Of a stretch of DNA of 64,000 nucleotides, positions 28,814 to 37,890 are shown one piece after another. This stretch comes from a virus. The notes below the pieces were generated by a model that made no database searches, was not told the origin of the DNA, and saw nothing but the letters and a program-made list of their open reading frames with translations. Where the stretch lies: positions 7,314-71,313 of the IMG/VR virus record IMGVR_UViG_3300015195_000005; one strand, written 5' to 3'. Within the stretch, counting starts at the first letter, position 1. Each line of letters starts with the position of its first letter. Both the position numbers and the translations under genes were made by a program.

Positions 28814-28999
28814 CTACAGGTCATCCCTGGAGTCGTTGAAATGGTCGTCATCGTACTCTTGTTGTGAGTAGTAGAACCCTTGCAGTTCCTCGTCCTCGTC
28901 TGTCTCTGGCTCGTCTTCCTCTTCGTCATCGTCCTCACCGGAGATGTTGTCGGGGGCATCCTGTGGGTCGTCGTAGGTGGGCATATCCTCACTATACAC
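28814..28999 (-). CDS. Very acidic small protein
   Basis: 28 of 61 residues are D/E and only one is Arg. Confidence 0.5.
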   Translation of the reverse strand: MYSEDMPTYDDPQDAPDNISGEDDDEEEDEPETDEDEELQGFYYSQQEYDDDHFNDSRDDL

Positions 29000-29052
29000 A
29001 TGGGGTGGTCCCTCTACAACCTCTTGAGAGAGAAACTTTCATAAGTTTTCCC

Positions 29053-29080
29053 TTGACATCCCTGAATATACCTGTACTAT
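29053..29080 (+). promoter_or_regulatory. Sigma70/SigA-type promoter
   Basis: TTGACA-16-TACTAT upstream of the first rightward gene. Confidence 0.55.
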
Positions 29081-29130
29081 AGGGGTATGCCCACAGAAAC
29101 CCAAGTCCAGACCCCATACGGGGCCACCAC

Positions 29131-29475
29131 ATGAACAAGAAGTTTGCAGTTACAGCCGTTATCTTTGGGACACTAGCCCTTGGGGCTTGCGGTACCAAGA
29201 CCGTCTATGTGAACAGTCCCGCCCCTGTACCTGTCGTTACTGCTGCTATATCTACATCGCAGTATGTGACTGATGTGCAGACCGCTTATCCTATGGCGCT
29301 GAATGTTGACTCAGCTACCATCATCAGGACCGGTAACTCTGTCTGTGGGGCTCTTGCTAGAGGGGCTTCTGTTACTGACCTTATCACCGCTGGTGATGCC
29401 GCTACCCCCGGATACCCTGGGATGTCACAGGCCGTTGTGGATGCCGCACGTAACGATCTGTGCCCCGGATCATGA
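29131..29475 (+). CDS. Lipoprotein, DUF732-like
   Basis: Lipobox LGAC; G..VC..L..G ... A...LCP pattern of actinobacterial DUF732. Confidence 0.7.
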   Translation: MNKKFAVTAVIFGTLALGACGTKTVYVNSPAPVPVVTAAISTSQYVTDVQTAYPMALNVDSATIIRTGNSVCGALARGASVTDLITAGDAATPGYPGMSQAVVDAARNDLCPGS

Positions 29476-29669
29476 GTATCTATGGGCCACATATCTATAA
29501 CGCTGTGGCTAAGGATCTAAGAGAGATCCGGCAAGAGCGCAAGACGAAGGTGCGTTGGGAGATGGTTGACAAGATGGCCCTTAAAATGGCCCTTAGATTC
29601 AAGCTGGACGATCCTAACTTCGATCATGACCGCTTCCTTGCCAATACGTTCCCAAAGGAAACTTCTTGA
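29472..29669 (+). CDS. Hypothetical protein, paralog A
   Basis: YNAVAKDLRE...RF..DDPNFD..RF; ATGA overlap with the lipoprotein stop. Confidence 0.65.
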   Translation: MSIYGPHIYNAVAKDLREIRQERKTKVRWEMVDKMALKMALRFKLDDPNFDHDRFLANTFPKETS

Positions 29670-29687
29670 AACTTATTAGGAAACAGG

Positions 29688-29716
29688 TTGCAAACCGTAG
29701 TATGAGCAGGTATAGT
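29688..29716 (+). promoter_or_regulatory. Sigma70/SigA-type promoter
   Basis: TTGCAA-17-TATAGT. Confidence 0.6.
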
Positions 29717-29722
29717 AAGGGT

Positions 29723-29938
29723 ATGGCAACCAACCCGAAGTTCTCTGCTCAGCACTACAACGCAATCGCCAAGGATATTCGTGAGGTTCGGTCTGACCTG
29801 GATACCACATCTATCTCCCGTTTGGACTCTGATCCGGTGCTCAACATCGTCTGTCACAAGTTGGCAATCCGTTTTGCTGCCGATAACCCCAGGTTCGATA
29901 TTGAGCGTTTCGTTGCCGCTTGCATGGACAACGCATGA
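29723..29938 (+). CDS. Hypothetical protein, paralog B
   Basis: YNAIAKDIRE...RFAADNPRFDIERFVAAC. Confidence 0.65.
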   Translation: MATNPKFSAQHYNAIAKDIREVRSDLDTTSISRLDSDPVLNIVCHKLAIRFAADNPRFDIERFVAACMDNA

Positions 29939-30213
29939 CAAAACCATTGTTCTCACTGGGCAGGGTCGTTGGTACTCCAGGGGCCATAGACGAGTTGGAT
30001 CATGCCGCTATCTCTGCTATGTCTGTACTGGCTCTGCACCAGACGGGATACTGGGGAGACATGGACGAGGAAGACAAAGCCGCTAACAACGCTGCTGTCA
30101 AGAACGGTAACCGCATCATGTCGGCCTATACCCTTACTACAGGGGTCACGATCTGGGTTATCACAGAGGCCGATCGTGCAAGCACAACTATCCTTCTACC
30201 AAGGGAGTACTAA
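29935..30213 (+). CDS. Conserved plasmid/phage hypothetical protein
   Basis: LGRVVGTPGA...HQTGYWGD...RIMSAY...IWVITEADR.STTILLP.EY, a recurrent mobile-element family. Confidence 0.75.
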   Translation: MTKPLFSLGRVVGTPGAIDELDHAAISAMSVLALHQTGYWGDMDEEDKAANNAAVKNGNRIMSAYTLTTGVTIWVITEADRASTTILLPREY

Positions 30214-30450
30214 ATGAGCAAAGTTGTTATCACTACAGCTATGGGCACCAAGATGGAGCTACTGACCATTGTTAGAGCAGGTCGGCAATGCCCCGCAGTC
30301 GTCTTGACTATGGGGCATGAGATCATGGAGCACATCTTTAACAGCGAGCATGAGCGGGCTATCAACATAGTGCGCATAGAGGATTACGACCAACTCCAAG
30401 CCGATGAGCACATCAGGGACTTTAGAAAGACCTTGACATCTATCCCATAG
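30214..30450 (+). CDS. Hypothetical protein
   Basis: 78-aa ORF in operon order. Confidence 0.55.
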   Translation: MSKVVITTAMGTKMELLTIVRAGRQCPAVVLTMGHEIMEHIFNSEHERAINIVRIEDYDQLQADEHIRDFRKTLTSIP

Positions 30451-30456
30451 TGTAAG

Positions 30457-30485
30457 TTGCATATCATCAGACTATGGGATATACT
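30457..30485 (+). promoter_or_regulatory. Sigma70/SigA-type promoter
   Basis: TTGCAT-17-TATACT. Confidence 0.6.
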
Positions 30486-30511
30486 GCCAGATAACCACCA
30501 AAGGAGAAACC

Positions 30512-30754
30512 ATGCCCAGACCTATCAGTGATGCTAAACGGAACGAAGCGACACGAAGGCTTACTATGGCCATGAACAACCGTACAAGGGCCGCACATCA
30601 AGCCGAGCTTGCCCGCCAGAAGTTCTTTAGGTACTGTCTCAAGGCTTACAACGCTGGGCTCAGTTATGCTGAGATCAAGGAAGTTACCGGCTTGACTGAG
30701 ATCCGTATTAGCCAGATCCTCCGCAAAGAGCGTGAGATAGCAAATGGTGACTGA
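30512..30754 (+). CDS. Helix-turn-helix DNA-binding protein
   Basis: AGLSYAEIKEVTGLTEIRISQIL. Confidence 0.8.
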   Translation: MPRPISDAKRNEATRRLTMAMNNRTRAAHQAELARQKFFRYCLKAYNAGLSYAEIKEVTGLTEIRISQILRKEREIANGD

Positions 30755-31025
30755 CCCAAGCTCACAAGATGATCCTATGGAGCAGCATCGCTCTAACATA
30801 GAGCGGACAGGGGCTGTCGTAGCTGAGGCTATCCATACCCTTGCCAAGACCAAGCATGAGCTTGACAAAGCCAGGATTGCGGATGAGGCGACTCCTAAAA
30901 GGGTATTTACGGCTGCCAAGGCTTATCGCCAAGCTGACTTTGCTGCGGTAGAGGCCGTCAAGGCACAAGTACAGGCTTACAGGGATATGTTCACCATGAT
31001 TGACGAACATGCAAATCCTAGCTGA
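30744..31025 (+). CDS. Hypothetical helical protein
   Basis: 93 aa, overlaps the HTH gene end. Confidence 0.55.
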   Translation: MVTDPSSQDDPMEQHRSNIERTGAVVAEAIHTLAKTKHELDKARIADEATPKRVFTAAKAYRQADFAAVEAVKAQVQAYRDMFTMIDEHANPS

Positions 31026-31254
31026 CCTGCTTGGGGTGGTCGTCATCATTGTGCTCTCAGGGTGCCTGTACGGGCTCCTACGCTTCTGTCACTTCGTCTA
31101 TTGGATTGTGTGGGCAAGCCCCCACGACCCCAACTACAAGGAGCTACAGCACTCCAAGCGCAATCATGGACACGGTACCTACTGTCCGCCCAACTTCAAT
31201 GGTCCCCAAGTCCAATTCGGTTCGTCTATGGACGAGCCCGATGAGTGGTACTAG
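31000..31254 (+). CDS. Small membrane protein
   Basis: N-terminal hydrophobic helix. Confidence 0.5.
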   Translation: MTNMQILADLLGVVVIIVLSGCLYGLLRFCHFVYWIVWASPHDPNYKELQHSKRNHGHGTYCPPNFNGPQVQFGSSMDEPDEWY

Positions 31255-31880
31255 GCCAATACTTCTTCCCCTTCGGCATCCATGTCGAAAGAGGTTTCCG
31301 AAAGCTCTGGCATCATCTGACCGAGGAACAATTGTAGGCGCACCCTGTCTATCTCGCATAGCTGGGTCTGTAGAAATTCCAGTAGCTTGTTTTGTAGCTC
31401 AGACACCTGCTGTATGTGCAGGAACACATCCTGCTTGACCCCCAACAGGCCGAACAATTTGGTGCGCTGATCCATAGCCTTTAGCACCACGTTGTGCAAA
31501 GTAGCGGCACTTTGGGCATTCAGGGTTACATAGCAGCCACATTCTAGGCCACACTCCTGACAACAGTGGGGCTCTGCTTCCTGCAATCTTGCCCAAGCAT
31601 CTGCCCGCACAAGATCGAGTTCCTCAAGGCTTCTTAAAGTGTTACCGAGGACATCCATCAACACGCCGGGATTGTTCTCCTTGACCAACAGGAGATGTTC
31701 CTCGTACTTATGCCGATACGTCGTTATAGTGTCGGGATGAACCTTCAGGTTCCTAGCCACCTGGGCATTGGTCATGCCCTGCTTAAAGTACGTAAAGGCG
31801 TGATCTAAGCGAACCTTGCGGGTCATGGTGCTGGCGGTCTTACCTTTTGGCATGACCCCATAGTACGCTAACTCAGGCAA
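31251..31880 (-). CDS. HTH protein, probable terminase small subunit
   Basis: HTH GMTNAQVARNLKVHPDTI; LEELD...AW and VLKAMDQRTKLFGL resemble actinophage TerS-like proteins; Cys insert CCQECGLECGC. Confidence 0.55.
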   Translation of the reverse strand: MPELAYYGVMPKGKTASTMTRKVRLDHAFTYFKQGMTNAQVARNLKVHPDTITTYRHKYEEHLLLVKENNPGVLMDVLGNTLRSLEELDLVRADAWARLQEAEPHCCQECGLECGCYVTLNAQSAATLHNVVLKAMDQRTKLFGLLGVKQDVFLHIQQVSELQNKLLEFLQTQLCEIDRVRLQLFLGQMMPELSETSFDMDAEGEEVLA

Positions 31881-31953
31881 GGTGGCCCAATACCCGAACT
31901 TAGAGCCCCCTAGATGGGCTTCTACCTGCGGTTTTACAGTTCGGTATCCGAAG

Positions 31954-32178
31954 TCAACTACGGTGGAGACTTCGGCGTATCCTGGTACCTATCCCCAGTA
32001 CGGGGGATTTCGTATGGGCCGCACACTCATTGGATGCGTTGTAGCGGCTCAGGACCGTCTCGCACTCATCGTGGCTACATAGGCGCCCCTCTTGAAAGTG
32101 CTTGGACGGGCGCACGTTGGCGGCTGTTGCTGTCACCGCTGTCTGATGGGGTTCAATCATGTCTTCAACTGTACTCAT
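31954..32178 (-). CDS. Small zinc-binding protein
   Basis: GRLCSHDECETVLSRYN..N.CAAH motif; likely start ATG 32178. Confidence 0.6.
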   Translation of the reverse strand: MSTVEDMIEPHQTAVTATAANVRPSKHFQEGRLCSHDECETVLSRYNASNECAAHTKSPVLGIGTRIRRSLHRS

Positions 32179-32290
32179 AGGCCCGTCAACCTTCGGAAAA
32201 CGGCAGAAGTGGGCATGCCGCCAGCGGACAGTCCAGCGGCACGACCCACAGCCAGGGAGCCACCACCCCGGCTGTCCGAATGATACCAAG

Positions 32291-32332
32291 TTGTCCACAA
32301 GCTGTGGATAACTCTGCCCGATCTGTGGATAA
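32291..32332. promoter_or_regulatory. DnaA-box cluster 3 (3 perfect boxes)
   Basis: TTGTCCACA 32291, TGTGGATAA 32303 and 32324. Confidence 0.8.
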
Positions 32333-32338
32333 CTTGTA

Positions 32339-32956
32339 TTGCAATTTGGGTTCGGTTTACTGTACGGTGTTTGTATGCGTCTTTGTGAAAATTGTGGCCA
32401 GAAGTTGACCAAGAGACAAAAGAGATTCTGTAGCTATACCTGTTTGTGGGCAATCTGCCGAGTTGATCGTACCGAGCCGCTAGATAGTCGATTTTGGCGG
32501 CATGTAGACAAGCACGGGCCGTTGGCCATAAGTCATACTACCGGTAGAAAAATAGGGCGATGTTGGGAATGGACTGCTTATCTAAATCCACAGGGATACG
32601 GAAATGTCGGACTAGACGAGAAGGCTCCTTCAGGGAAACCTAAAACCTCCTTATCTCATCGAGCAGCATGGTTTCTAGCCGAAGGCAGATGGCCTACGTA
32701 TCATTTAGAACATCTGTGCGACAACCCATCATGTGTGCGCCGTTCCCATCTTGAGGACGTACCACAAGCTACAAATAACCGGCGTAGCCCTAGACCTAAA
32801 CTTCAGCAGTGTAAGTATGGCCACAAACTAAGTGGTGACAACCTCTACACGACCACTCGCGTTGTAGCACAGGACGGGAGACGAATTGAAGTCCGTAACT
32901 GTAAAAAGTGCGCTCTACGACGATCCGCTGAGCGACGAGCAAGAAATCTTGCATAA
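32339..32956 (+). CDS. HNH homing endonuclease
   Basis: RFW..VDK...CWEW...GYG...HR...HLCDNPSCV...HL...N; C-terminal CKYGH...C..C. Confidence 0.9.
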   Translation: MQFGFGLLYGVCMRLCENCGQKLTKRQKRFCSYTCLWAICRVDRTEPLDSRFWRHVDKHGPLAISHTTGRKIGRCWEWTAYLNPQGYGNVGLDEKAPSGKPKTSLSHRAAWFLAEGRWPTYHLEHLCDNPSCVRRSHLEDVPQATNNRRSPRPKLQQCKYGHKLSGDNLYTTTRVVAQDGRRIEVRNCKKCALRRSAERRARNLA

Positions 32957-33004
32957 GTTTCAGAAATCTATTGACTTCCTAGAGTTTGGTGGTAAGCTTC
33001 GAGT

Positions 33005-33907
33005 ATGCGTATGTATGGCATCGAAATTGAGTTCCTCTACGAAGGACTGCGGGACAACAACAGGGTTATGCCCGAGTTGTTGAACCAAGGGCTTAGGGCC
33101 GTCGATCGTCGTAATACCCATCTCGGCTTCTCTGCTAGCGAGTGGGTGCTCAAGCGGGACGGCTCTGTAGCCGGGGGCGGGGAGCTTGTATCTCCTCATC
33201 TCGATTGGGACAACCCCGAAGATCATGCCCAGATAGAGAAGGCTATGGCTGCTCTGATCGCTGCCGGTGCCAATACCGATAAGGCAGCCGGTATCCACGT
33301 GCATGTCGAGTGCCGTAACTTTACTCCTAAGCAGGTAGCGGCAGTCATGCGGTTCACCTATAAGTTTGAGGATGCCATCTATCGCATAGCATCTAGTGGC
33401 TGGGATGCCCACAGGGGACTCAGCTACTGTAACCCGATGGCACTAGCATATGACCGCTATGGCTCTCATGATGGTCGTGAGACACGCTTCGCCAACACGC
33501 TCATGAAGATACGTAATGCTGACCAACTTCGCACGTTCTACGGGCGCATGGACCGTTACGCTGCCGTTAACGTACATGCCTGGTACCGTCATGGGACTAT
33601 GGAGTTCAGGGTCTTTAACTCTACGCTTAACGCTAAGAGGGCTCTTGCCTATGCTGCTCTGTGCGTGACCATCGTGGACGATGCCCGTAAGGGGTACAGC
33701 CGCTCAACAGCCAAGCACTATCCTTTAGGACACATGGCCGCTGCTGCTAACCCTGAGACGGCTTCCAAGGCCCTGTTTCTGAGGCTTCAGCAGGTACTGA
33801 GGTACGAGAGCGGCATGTCTGCCACAGACTGGAAGCGCATACTATGGGTATGGAACGACAGTAAAAATCAGACCACAGAAACTATCTCACGAAGCAGGTA
33901 TGCATAA
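33005..33907 (+). CDS. Phage amidoligase (COOH-NH2 ligase, Amidoligase_2-like)
   Basis: GIEIE, DGSV, ELVSP, GIHVH, Y.AVN, GTMEFR...STL. Confidence 0.9.
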   Translation: MRMYGIEIEFLYEGLRDNNRVMPELLNQGLRAVDRRNTHLGFSASEWVLKRDGSVAGGGELVSPHLDWDNPEDHAQIEKAMAALIAAGANTDKAAGIHVHVECRNFTPKQVAAVMRFTYKFEDAIYRIASSGWDAHRGLSYCNPMALAYDRYGSHDGRETRFANTLMKIRNADQLRTFYGRMDRYAAVNVHAWYRHGTMEFRVFNSTLNAKRALAYAALCVTIVDDARKGYSRSTAKHYPLGHMAAAANPETASKALFLRLQQVLRYESGMSATDWKRILWVWNDSKNQTTETISRSRYA

Positions 33908-35175
33908 TGTGCCGCCTATGGGGTATCTCATATAGCGATACAAGATCCGAAAAACTGTCAACGGCTCAGATAGCCAGGATCATGTTCCCTATCCTTACTC
34001 CTGGGGGACCACACGCATTTGGCTGGGCACAGAATACCGACTCAGTACCTGACCATCTGATCGTCCGTAAGTACGAGGGTAAGGCAGATACTCCCGAAGC
34101 CCTGTTCAAGATCAACAGCATCCGTAATCAGTGTAAATGGTTCATTGGGCATACCCGCTTCGCTACCCACGGTAGCCCTACGATCATGCTCAACAACCAC
34201 CCTGTTAAGCACGACAACATCATCGGGGTACACAACGGAGTACTTACCAACCACGCCGACATCCTCTCTGTGACGGGCCGTGACAATCCCCTGACCGAAG
34301 TGGACAGTGAAGCTATCTTTGCTGCTGTCAACCGTTGGGGACACAAGAAGGGTCTAGCCAAGATCCACGGCTCTATGGTTACCGTATACGCTGACTTCCG
34401 TAGGTTGGACACCGTTATGATCGGGCGCAGCTATGGACGTAGCCTGCGATTGGGTTGGACTGATAGAGATAATCTTATCTGGGCCAGTGACCAGCGGGCT
34501 CTGGATGCACTTAGCAACGCCGGTATCGTGTTCACCAAGTTCTCTGGAGTCTCCGAGAATCGTTTGCTGACCATCTGTAACGGAGATATCATAGGACGCA
34601 CCTTCTTTCGCGAGCCTCTTCCTATGCCTACGTTGGCTCCCTGGCACCCCTTGGTTGATCTACGCCCGCTGGCTCCTACTGGTACACGCAAGGCGCTTAA
34701 GCAAGCGCAGAAGCGGTCCAGGGCCAAACTGGATGCTGAGGCCGCTGCAAACCTTCGGTACCGCTTGAACAACAACGGCCCCATGTCCACAAGGGAGCGT
34801 TGGGAGTACCATCCTCTGAGGCGGGCCATCATGGATTTCCTAAACCCGCCACAGGGAGATCCATTTCTGGAGCAGATAGCTGAGTATCTGGTAACCAATG
34901 GGTTTCTCACCATGCCACAGATAGCTAGGGTGCTAGATGCTATGGGCCGATTATCTTCTCCAAGGGCACACCCTAAGACGCACATCACTAAACCTGCTAA
35001 AGCTACTAACAATGTCAGGCCCGAGATAATCGGCACCGATCAGGTTAGCTACCAAGGCAAAGTTATGAGTGTGGACGACTACCTTGTTATCTGTAAGCAG
35101 GCTGACTTGGAGTGGGAAGCTGACGACAAGGAAACTTCCGAAGATGTCAATAAACCTGTTGACAATAAGTTATGA
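33907..35175 (+). CDS. Class II (Ntn) glutamine amidotransferase with C-terminal extension
   Basis: N-terminal MCR, GHTRFAT, HNGVL, VDSE. Confidence 0.9.
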   Translation: MCRLWGISYSDTRSEKLSTAQIARIMFPILTPGGPHAFGWAQNTDSVPDHLIVRKYEGKADTPEALFKINSIRNQCKWFIGHTRFATHGSPTIMLNNHPVKHDNIIGVHNGVLTNHADILSVTGRDNPLTEVDSEAIFAAVNRWGHKKGLAKIHGSMVTVYADFRRLDTVMIGRSYGRSLRLGWTDRDNLIWASDQRALDALSNAGIVFTKFSGVSENRLLTICNGDIIGRTFFREPLPMPTLAPWHPLVDLRPLAPTGTRKALKQAQKRSRAKLDAEAAANLRYRLNNNGPMSTRERWEYHPLRRAIMDFLNPPQGDPFLEQIAEYLVTNGFLTMPQIARVLDAMGRLSSPRAHPKTHITKPAKATNNVRPEIIGTDQVSYQGKVMSVDDYLVICKQADLEWEADDKETSEDVNKPVDNKL

Positions 35176-35187
35176 AAGATGTACGAT
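35159..35187 (+). promoter_or_regulatory. Promoter with ATAAGTTAT palindrome in the spacer
   Basis: TTGACA-17-TACGAT. Confidence 0.75.
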
Positions 35188-35412
35188 CAGGGTATGGAAA
35201 AGATACTAGCAGCTTCGGTAGCAGCAGCAACGGCCCTGTGTGGGATAGATGCTCTCTACAACACTGATCCCACAACCACCGACCTTCACAAAGCACTTCG
35301 TATTATGACTACACAGGTCAAGGGACGTATCGACCACAATCGCTACGGTACAAAATTGGCTTCTCTGCCAACCAAGTCCACCGAGGTAATAAAGGAGATG
35401 TGGGCAGCATGA
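35179..35412 (+). CDS. Hypothetical protein
   Basis: Short ORF; true start probably ATG 35194, downstream of the promoter. Confidence 0.5.
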   Translation: MYDQGMEKILAASVAAATALCGIDALYNTDPTTTDLHKALRIMTTQVKGRIDHNRYGTKLASLPTKSTEVIKEMWAA

Positions 35413-36218
35413 GGCTTCACCTTAGGTACAAGCATTTCAAGCCCGATGCAGTAGCAGCTACTGAGGCGCTGTTTGCTCAGAAGCTGTGGCGGCTCAACGG
35501 GTCTGCTACTGCTGAGGATGAGCAGAGCACAGCTATGCAGCAATGGGCCGACAAGATGTGTACCATTTACGGAGTCCCACATCTGCATGTGGCTGTGGAT
35601 GCCAAGCAAGGTTACCGATACGGTAACTACACCCCACCGGCCTATGTGATGGAAGAGGATGAGACTCCCCACGGTATGCAGGAGGGCAGTATCATTCTGG
35701 GCCAATTCAGCTTGACCAACCTGCTGTGGCACTTTGCCACTCATCTACAGGTTGCGGGGCTCCTGCGAAATAACGGGTTCTATAGCTCGTTTAGCTGGGC
35801 AACCAGCATGTTCTACACAGTAAGGCCGGTTATGTTCAGGGCCAGGGTGCGTGAGGGCCGTATCGCTGGAGTTACTCCTCGTGATACCTATTCCTCTGAG
35901 ACGTTCGCTCAGATGCTTGACGCCGGTATCGACCCTGATGCAAAGGGGGCTCTGGATGAGCTACGTGGCGCTGAGAACGAAGCTATCTCCTTGGACGATC
36001 CCCCCGCTACCGAGGCCGAGATACTGGCGGAAACCGAAAGTGTTACCGCCCCTCGCACAAACACTAGGGCCGACTTCGATGGTCAGGCTTATGGACGACC
36101 CTTAACTGCTCTAACCACCCGTGAGCTTAGGCGTTATGCTACTGAGCGAGGTATCACAGGGTCATGGGGGCTTACTAAGCCCCAACTGCTAGAGGCCCTT
36201 GGAGTTACCAATGCCTGA
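35409..36218 (+). CDS. Hypothetical protein: degenerate zincin-like region plus C-terminal Rho-N/HeH domain
   Basis: SLTNLLWHFATH resembles a decayed HExxH helix; LTTRELRRYATERGI...TKPQLLEAL is HeH-like. Confidence 0.6.
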   Translation: MRLHLRYKHFKPDAVAATEALFAQKLWRLNGSATAEDEQSTAMQQWADKMCTIYGVPHLHVAVDAKQGYRYGNYTPPAYVMEEDETPHGMQEGSIILGQFSLTNLLWHFATHLQVAGLLRNNGFYSSFSWATSMFYTVRPVMFRARVREGRIAGVTPRDTYSSETFAQMLDAGIDPDAKGALDELRGAENEAISLDDPPATEAEILAETESVTAPRTNTRADFDGQAYGRPLTALTTRELRRYATERGITGSWGLTKPQLLEALGVTNA

Positions 36219-36636
36219 GCAAGCCGTATTTGTCTACGGCACTCTTAGAGTTGGTTGGTGGAACCACAGGGCCATAGAGGATGCAGTAGTTTCGGTTATC
36301 TCTGATTGTACGGCTCCTGGCTTCATCTGGAGAGTATCTGACTACTCTGAAGCCTACCCTGTTGCCAAGTTCACAGAATGGGGTGGCAAAGAACTGCAAA
36401 ATAGTGCCCGTATCACAGGGGATCTCCTATATATCCGCACAGATACCCAGGACTATGAGTACATGCGACAGATGGAGTTGGGAGCGGGCTACAAAGAGGT
36501 AACTGTACCGGTGCTCACTCCCGCTGGCGATACGGTCTATGCCATCGCCTACCACTACATGCACTCAGTACGGAAGGAACTTCTCATAAAAAGTGGAGAT
36601 TGGGCCGCACAAGCAGAGAAAATCAGGTATACTTAG
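36199..36636 (+). CDS. Gamma-glutamylcyclotransferase (GGCT/AIG2-like)
   Basis: VFVYGTLR, ITGDL, catalytic-type E in MELGAGY, SGDW. Confidence 0.9.
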   Translation: MELPMPEQAVFVYGTLRVGWWNHRAIEDAVVSVISDCTAPGFIWRVSDYSEAYPVAKFTEWGGKELQNSARITGDLLYIRTDTQDYEYMRQMELGAGYKEVTVPVLTPAGDTVYAIAYHYMHSVRKELLIKSGDWAAQAEKIRYT

Positions 36637-36639
36637 ACT

Positions 36640-37890
36640 ATGCCCCGCCAACCAAGAGTCCTTCACCCTGAGCGCAACACTAGGGTATCTTCATATCAGG
36701 CCCGCATTGAGCGTACCCTGACAGACATCTACACTGAAGTTCCTGCATGGGAGCGGGGATCTGGGGACTGGACATTGGTGGCTGTTGGGCATACCCACGG
36801 TCATGCTACCTGCGAGTTGTGCGGGCACAATCCTATCCGCCGTCTGTTCTGGATCAAGCAAAACAGCACAGGGCGTGAGCTTATGGTGGGCTCTGAGTGT
36901 GCTGTCAACTACGCTAACGCCGATCTAGTGCGTGGGTACATGAGCCGTTTGCAGTCAGAGCAGAATCGTAACCGCACCAGGGCTCTACGTGAAGCTGCTT
37001 ATGCTGAGCGTAATGCTCGTAACGAGGCTATTGCTGCCGAACGTAGAGCTATCTGGGCCAACAACATTGACCGTGAAGCCATCACAGAGTTCATCAACAC
37101 CGACTTACCTGCAACAAACCGTAGTTCTGGATTTATCCAATCTCTTAGAAACTGGCTAACTCATGCCGGTTATCTCACAGAGGCCCAAGTCACTAGTGCC
37201 CTGCGGATTATGAGAGAGACTCCTGCTTTGCCTGTACAGACCCCACTACCAGATCCCGAACTAGAACGGTTGCTTACTGAGGAAGAAGAGTACGAGCGCC
37301 GAATTCGTGCGGTCGAAACCATACCGGCAGTTACTACCCCGCCCGTTATCCGAAACTGTGAGGCCGCTGACCTTCCCAACATCGCTGATGCAGAATATCT
37401 GGTAGCAGACAGCCACAACCAGATCAGTTACCAGATCCACACGGTACAAAGAGGGCGTCTTGAGGGCAAGCGCATCATCAAGGTCAAGGTAAACGGCACC
37501 TACAAGGGGTTTGCCTTTCTGACTACCGCTCCAGGGCTACTTACATGGCGCTCTGCCCAAGAGTGGATCACAACCGATCAGAAGCGGTTCGCCCGTGCGA
37601 TGGTTCAAATCGTTGCCGCTAACAGTACCGGGATTTCTCAAATTGTCCGCACCGGCATCTACAACGAAGTTACCTACACTGTGACCCGTTCCAATGTGGT
37701 TCCTAGTGCTGCTGCAAGAGCCGCTGCCGTTCTAGAAGCGGCCGAGGATGCTCGCTACGTTGCCAACCGTAATGCCCGCCTACATCGGGAAGAAGCCGCT
37801 AGAGCTATCCCTGAGCCTGTACAGCATGTGGGATATGTCAGGCGTACACCATTGGCCATGTCCTCTATTACCCCCACGGAGATACGATGA
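36640..37890 (+). CDS. Zinc-binding hypothetical protein
   Basis: CELCGHNPI...TGRELMVGSEC motif followed by a coiled coil. Confidence 0.7.
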   Translation: MPRQPRVLHPERNTRVSSYQARIERTLTDIYTEVPAWERGSGDWTLVAVGHTHGHATCELCGHNPIRRLFWIKQNSTGRELMVGSECAVNYANADLVRGYMSRLQSEQNRNRTRALREAAYAERNARNEAIAAERRAIWANNIDREAITEFINTDLPATNRSSGFIQSLRNWLTHAGYLTEAQVTSALRIMRETPALPVQTPLPDPELERLLTEEEEYERRIRAVETIPAVTTPPVIRNCEAADLPNIADAEYLVADSHNQISYQIHTVQRGRLEGKRIIKVKVNGTYKGFAFLTTAPGLLTWRSAQEWITTDQKRFARAMVQIVAANSTGISQIVRTGIYNEVTYTVTRSNVVPSAAARAAAVLEAAEDARYVANRNARLHREEAARAIPEPVQHVGYVRRTPLAMSSITPTEIR

